Shown here piece after piece: positions 60,601-64,000 of a stretch of DNA of 64,000 nucleotides. The DNA lies in the NCBI GenBank assembly GCA_963665665.1, contig OY762428.1:160001-224000 (forward strand), in the 5' to 3' direction. The notes beneath the pieces are model-generated. The model ran no database searches. It saw nothing but the letters and a program-made list of their open reading frames with translations, and was not told the origin of the DNA. Source of the DNA: Candidatus Kapaibacterium sp. Its GTDB lineage: Bacteria > Bacteroidota > Ignavibacteria > Kapaibacteriales > UBA2268. Every line of letters begins with the position of its first letter. Positions within the stretch are counted from its first letter, which is position 1. The position numbers and the translations under genes were made by a program.

Positions 60601-61422
60601 CAAGGCCATGAAATGATAATCCGCTTCATACCTGAAAGGCTTGGCCGAATAAACGGGTATCTTGAATTTGAATATGACGGAGAAGCTTCTCCTGCAAGAA
60701 TATTTCTTTATGGAGAGGGAGTTCCGCTTATTATTGATACAATTAAAATTAGCGGCAGTGACATTAATGCGAAGGCCGGAGATATTGTAGCATTTCCGAT
60801 TAAAATTGAGAATATCAGCGAGCGCGGAGTGCCGCCCGGAGTAAGCGGGTTTGAAGCAAGGCTGAGATACAATGCTACTTTGCTCGAGCCTCAGGAAACC
60901 AGCTTAAGAAGCCGGGCTGATTCGATTGATGAAAATCAGCGATTCATGTTCGTAACATTGCCCGTTGATTCTGACGGGGATGGCATACTGGCAATGATAC
61001 CGTTTAAAGCAGCTCTTGGAAATGCTACAGAAACAGACATTATGCTTGAAGATATCGCACAGATCGGGCGTGGAAAACTTGTTATATACGAAGAAAAGGG
61101 AAGCTTTTCACTTGAAGGAGTTTGCCAGGAAGGTGGCGCCAGGCTTTTCGACGGAGACAGCAGGCTGACGCTTACACAAAATATGCCAAATCCAGTGAAG
61201 CATACGGCAAAAATTGAATTTGAACTATTCGAAAAAGGACATACTGCTTTGTATGTTTATGATATAGAGGGAAATAAAGTTTTAACTATATTGAGTGAAT
61301 CTCTCAACCCAGGCATGCATTCCGTCGATTTTAATGTGGAATCACTATCATCGGGCGTATATTATTACGTGCTGGAAACACCCACGAGAAAAATTTCTCG
61401 TAGGATGCACGTGGAAAAATAG
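57673..61422 (+). CDS. Secreted vWA-like + Ig-like + WD40 beta-propeller + cohesin-like protein with T9SS C-terminal domain
   Basis: Signal peptide, AILLITD and LKRISDETGG (vWA), about 7 WD40 repeats (GHT..V...FS.D, WD), DFG Ig-like units, and a CTD QNMPNP...SSGVYYY. Confidence 0.85.
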   Translation: MNMKKIWFAALLLLTITTSDILAFPSIFITETDLSGYPEVKAKYLSFDENFEIHPGVSPSSFSVTDNGVAVPVLSAECQEQDLINEFDLVVTFDLAMNNGSESSNFEKARSIIGHLFDIIDTTKTKTALSSFEMVSFLEKDFTINRSELHTALDRLKPRRGSYFDMALSSYPAGALNIVSQSESEKAILLITDSYGDVDADKVIEMANENSTRVYCITLGEELPDGLKRISDETGGAYIEHLHGYNSDIEIAALLNALMKNYKPCTLSWESPQNCIDDHLIEVYLLPYSSDGATMINMPENLKPFIQASPEYLRFASILIPETATDDVTITAVNSDIHIDSLSLTDPHFSIIPATDIEDFDLIKGSSHKVSVKFTPTDSAIVFSKLIVHSNACDGYEILITGGFPNTPPNDRTIDLVTPEAGETLLIDDTVSVEWQGLLPIDVIQLEYTIDNGKSWDTLAKNVNGLKHNWIVPDEPSDSCLVRAIQLWPNNVGRTMDLRHPQGVNSALFSVDYDFVVTSCKDSIVRLWNSNNGKVVREYKGHTGQVTWAEFSNDNKYIASSGTDSIAIIWDRETGDLVHKLEGHTREVRSVVFSPDSRKVITSSADGKAIIWDVETGNQDKIIEQSTLPLYFATFDPVDGSRALVAGVEKDVKLWNIQSGVVEKRFSTPNGYYSHSAFSADGSKLVISSQLGGATVWDVASETQLSAVAHLDTSGSSSAIMFSAFDATGDTILTSGFDQKVKMWDANTGDSVVTFLEHTSTVKTAVMNFDGARVLTSSWDSTAKIWNRKKRDLQMDSTDGVFSIRGASLLAFNIDFGGVVYGELADSIVTTFLINENDYTVKVYDFETDGLAANDFTILKGMPPFEIDPGDTVSIELRFTPGNIGERLANLNIKIPGTTVTAELKGIGIEPGLRTIADYIDFGQVELGDYKDSTITMIVRNNRDDAIEITDISVKSPDTEHFDIISGEGPVTLNPDQGHEMIIRFIPERLGRINGYLEFEYDGEASPARIFLYGEGVPLIIDTIKISGSDINAKAGDIVAFPIKIENISERGVPPGVSGFEARLRYNATLLEPQETSLRSRADSIDENQRFMFVTLPVDSDGDGILAMIPFKAALGNATETDIMLEDIAQIGRGKLVIYEEKGSFSLEGVCQEGGARLFDGDSRLTLTQNMPNPVKHTAKIEFELFEKGHTALYVYDIEGNKVLTILSESLNPGMHSVDFNVESLSSGVYYYVLETPTRKISRRMHVEK

Positions 61423-61441
61423 CTGATACGGGGAATTTATC

Positions 61442-61476
61442 AGCGGCCTTGAATTATTTTTAAGGCCGCTTTTTTT
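61442..61476 (+). terminator. Intrinsic terminator
   Basis: agcggccttgaa...tttaaggccgct followed by a T run. Confidence 0.8.
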
Positions 61477-61498
61477 ATGAGAAAATTTAAAATCGAAT

Positions 61499-61506
61499 TA
61501 TATTTG
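61499..61506 (+). promoter_or_regulatory. Putative -7 promoter element TAnnTTTG upstream of hisS
   Basis: TATATTTG 32 nt upstream of the ATG, just after a terminator. Confidence 0.4.
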
Positions 61507-61538
61507 TAATTATTCAGAAATCGAAAAGGAAAAATATT

Positions 61539-62789
61539 ATGATTCAGGCAATAAGAGGAACAAAAGACATTCTGCCGGACACAATGCATAACTGGCATTA
61601 CATAGAAGATGTTTTCAGGAAATCTTCAGCCAAATTCTCATACAATGAAGTCAGAACGCCAATATTTGAAAAAACAGAAGTATTCTCGCGGGGAATCGGA
61701 GAAAACACAGACGTTGTGAATAAAGAAATGTACACATTCGAATCAAAGGGCGGCGATTCAATCACATTACGCCCGGAAATGACAGCTGCAATTGGCCGCT
61801 CGGTACTTCAAAACTCTCTTATTCAACAATCATCAGTACTCAGATACTGGTACTTCGGGCCATTTTTCAGATACGAAAATCCGCAGAAAGGCCGCCAGAG
61901 ACAGTTCCACCAGTATGGGGCAGAAACCATAGGTTCACCATATCCCGAGAGTGATATTGAAAATATTGCTCTCGCTAATGATATTATAAAATCTGCCGGG
62001 ATCAAAGAATATCAATTATTATTAAATTCAATCGGCAACACAGAATCAAGAATGAAATTCAGGCAAGCACTTGTTGAATATTTCTCAGGAATAAAAGATC
62101 AGCTTTCCGAGGATAGCCAGAACCGCTTAGATAAGAATCCACTTCGAATACTTGATTCGAAAAACAGAAATGATATCGAAGCCGTTAAAAATGCACCTGT
62201 AATAACAGATTACCTTGATGAAGAAAGCAGCAATCACTTCAATGAAGTTAAAGCTGGCCTGGAAAAGCTTGGTATCGAGTACCGGGAAGTTCCTACTTTA
62301 GTTAGGGGGCTGGATTATTATTGCCATACGGTTTTTGAATTCCAAAGTTCTGCTCTTGGCGCACAGGATTCTTTCGGAGGCGGCGGGCGCTACAACGGCC
62401 TGCTCCAGCAACTCGGGTCCAAGAAAGAAGTACCGGCAGTCGGTTTTGCTATGGGTGTTGAAAGGTTACTTCTTGTTTTGGAAGCTGAAAAAGCATTACC
62501 GGAAAATGCACCAGTACCGGATTTCTATGTAATCTGTGCCGGGGATTCACCAAGGGAATATTCTCTGAATGTAATCAATAAACTCCGTTCTAAAGGGCAC
62601 AATGTATTATCTGATATTCTTCGCCGTTCGATGAAAGCACAATTTCGGGAAGCCAATAAATCCGGAGCCCCTTATACCGTTATTATTGGTGAAGATGAGA
62701 TGAATAAAAATATTCTTCAGGTTAAGAAAATGGAAACCAGCGAACAAAAAGAAATTTCAGTAGATGATTTAGATTATATAAAATTTTAA
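61539..62789 (+). CDS. hisS: Histidine--tRNA ligase
   Basis: RGTKD, TPIFE, KEMYTF, LRPEMTA, FRYENPQKGRQRQFHQ, LVRGLDYY, GGGRY, GFAMGVERL. Confidence 0.98.
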   Translation: MIQAIRGTKDILPDTMHNWHYIEDVFRKSSAKFSYNEVRTPIFEKTEVFSRGIGENTDVVNKEMYTFESKGGDSITLRPEMTAAIGRSVLQNSLIQQSSVLRYWYFGPFFRYENPQKGRQRQFHQYGAETIGSPYPESDIENIALANDIIKSAGIKEYQLLLNSIGNTESRMKFRQALVEYFSGIKDQLSEDSQNRLDKNPLRILDSKNRNDIEAVKNAPVITDYLDEESSNHFNEVKAGLEKLGIEYREVPTLVRGLDYYCHTVFEFQSSALGAQDSFGGGGRYNGLLQQLGSKKEVPAVGFAMGVERLLLVLEAEKALPENAPVPDFYVICAGDSPREYSLNVINKLRSKGHNVLSDILRRSMKAQFREANKSGAPYTVIIGEDEMNKNILQVKKMETSEQKEISVDDLDYIKF

Positions 62790-62843
62790 ATCGTTCTTAT
62801 TATTGAATATCATTCTTTGGGATGTTTCAAAAGCCGAAAAAGA

Positions 62844-62915
62844 TGTCATTCTGAGCGCATCGAAGAATCAAAAATTTGCATAATATATTGGTTCTTCACT
62901 TCGTTCAGAATGACA
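62844..62915. repeat. Intergenic palindromic element (TGTCATTCTGAGCG...CGTTCAGAATGACA family)
   Basis: tgtcattctgagcg...cgttcagaatgaca inverted repeat. Confidence 0.8.
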
Positions 62916-62985
62916 AACTTCATAAGATCAGAATATTGAAACATTCCGAATAATTTTTAAAATTGAACATAAACATCGGGTAGAA

Positions 62986-64000
62986 ATGGCTGCATATTAT
63001 AAATTTTTTAAAAAAGCGATAAGTATTAATCTATCCAAATTGCATATTAAAATATCCCTGGCCTTCGGAGCATTTATTATTTTGCTTGCAGTTATTCTGT
63101 TTACACAGTTAATGGTTAGCGATCTGATAAAGAGAGAACAGAAACTGATAACATTTTATGCAGACATGTATCAGCATTACGCAGGCCTGGAAAACGTTGA
63201 TGATTTTTTATTTTTCATGACAAATATCAATACAACTATCTCCTTTCCTGTAATTCTGACTGATGAAAAAGATGAACCGATAGCTCCATTCGAAGAGTGG
63301 ACCTTAAATATTTCTTTTTCCGAGGAAATGACTATGAAGGACAGGCGGGAATACCTGAATGATTTTATTGATGAAATGAAGTCAAGTTATCCCCCGCTTG
63401 TTGTAAAAGAAGGTATGATTACCACAAAAATATATTATACAAATTCCCCGCTGGTAAATTATCTGCTATTGTTCCCTTTAGTTGCTTTGATAATTGTGTT
63501 TGTTTTCATTTTTGTCGGGTATATGGCATTTTCTAATATCAGGAAAAGTGAAGAGCAGAAAGTATGGGTGGGTATGGCAAAGGAGGCTGCACATCAGCTT
63601 GGCACTCCTCTGTCATCGCTCATGGCCTGGATTGAAATACTGAAGATAAATAAAGACGAACCTGAGCTGATACATGAAACAATCGACGAAATGCAGAATG
63701 ACATTAACCGATTAAGTACAATCGCAACAAGGTTTTCAAAAATCGGTTCAATGCCTGAAAAATCACATAATAATCTTTCCGAATTGATAGAAAAAGTTAG
63801 TATCTACTTTGAAAAACGTCTTCCGCACCTTAAGAGAAAGGTTGATATTGTGCGCCATATTGATCCGGATATTATGGCAAATATTAATATTGAGCTTTTT
63901 GAATGGGTATTGGAAAATCTTATTAAAAATGCCGCCGAAGCTATTGAAGATAAAAAAGGCGAAGTTAGAATATCAGCTGGCATAGCTTCCGGACAGAAAA
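62986..64000 (+). CDS. Sensor histidine kinase (3' truncated by window edge; absent from the ORF track)
   Basis: MAAYYKFF..., two TM helices, VWVGMAKEAAHQLGTPLSSL (H box), RFSKIGS, WVLENLIKNAAEA (N box). Confidence 0.9.
   Translation, partial: MAAYYKFFKKAISINLSKLHIKISLAFGAFIILLAVILFTQLMVSDLIKREQKLITFYADMYQHYAGLENVDDFLFFMTNINTTISFPVILTDEKDEPIAPFEEWTLNISFSEEMTMKDRREYLNDFIDEMKSSYPPLVVKEGMITTKIYYTNSPLVNYLLLFPLVALIIVFVFIFVGYMAFSNIRKSEEQKVWVGMAKEAAHQLGTPLSSLMAWIEILKINKDEPELIHETIDEMQNDINRLSTIATRFSKIGSMPEKSHNNLSELIEKVSIYFEKRLPHLKRKVDIVRHIDPDIMANINIELFEWVLENLIKNAAEAIEDKKGEVRISAGIASGQK

Overview
AT-rich bacterial chromosomal segment. T9SS C-terminal-domain proteins, TAnnTTTG promoter motifs and overall gene content suggest a Bacteroidota/Chlorobiota-lineage organism, possibly Kapabacteria/Ignavibacteria-like; this placement is an inference. 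Most of the window is housekeeping and envelope genes: nuoL(partial)MN, a separate nuoF, accA, rsmE, queA, yigZ, panC, rsmG, nth, an S41 protease, hisS, several glycosyltransferases, a DUF368 protein, three large T9SS cargo proteins and two sensor kinases. It also holds a complete RDD / SpoIIM-like / DUF4129 / DUF4350 / MoxR / DUF58 locus of unknown function. Two accessory regions stand out. (i) At 3.7-7.5 kb, a GC-rich helical+FN3-like gene is cut at codon 4-5 by a complete IS3 element (4764-6206, AGT target duplication, A10 slippage site, orfB in the +1 frame). Beyond it lie a ~500-bp very AT-rich tract, a cryptic 21-bp periodic array and REP-like palindromes, and the whole segment is bracketed by a 25-bp direct repeat. 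(ii) At 52.6-54.7 kb, a mosaic of several REP-like palindrome families surrounds an ~800-bp structure of two related 21-bp tandem arrays in inverted orientation. Its 21-bp phase is kept even across two 42-bp hairpin insertions. Also noted: a nonsense-mutated minimal nucleotidyltransferase missing from the ORF track, a 27-bp tandem repeat that builds tandem promoter-like motifs, a candidate switchable RNA between rsmE and queA, and a QueA with altered motifs. No rRNA, tRNA or CRISPR array was seen.
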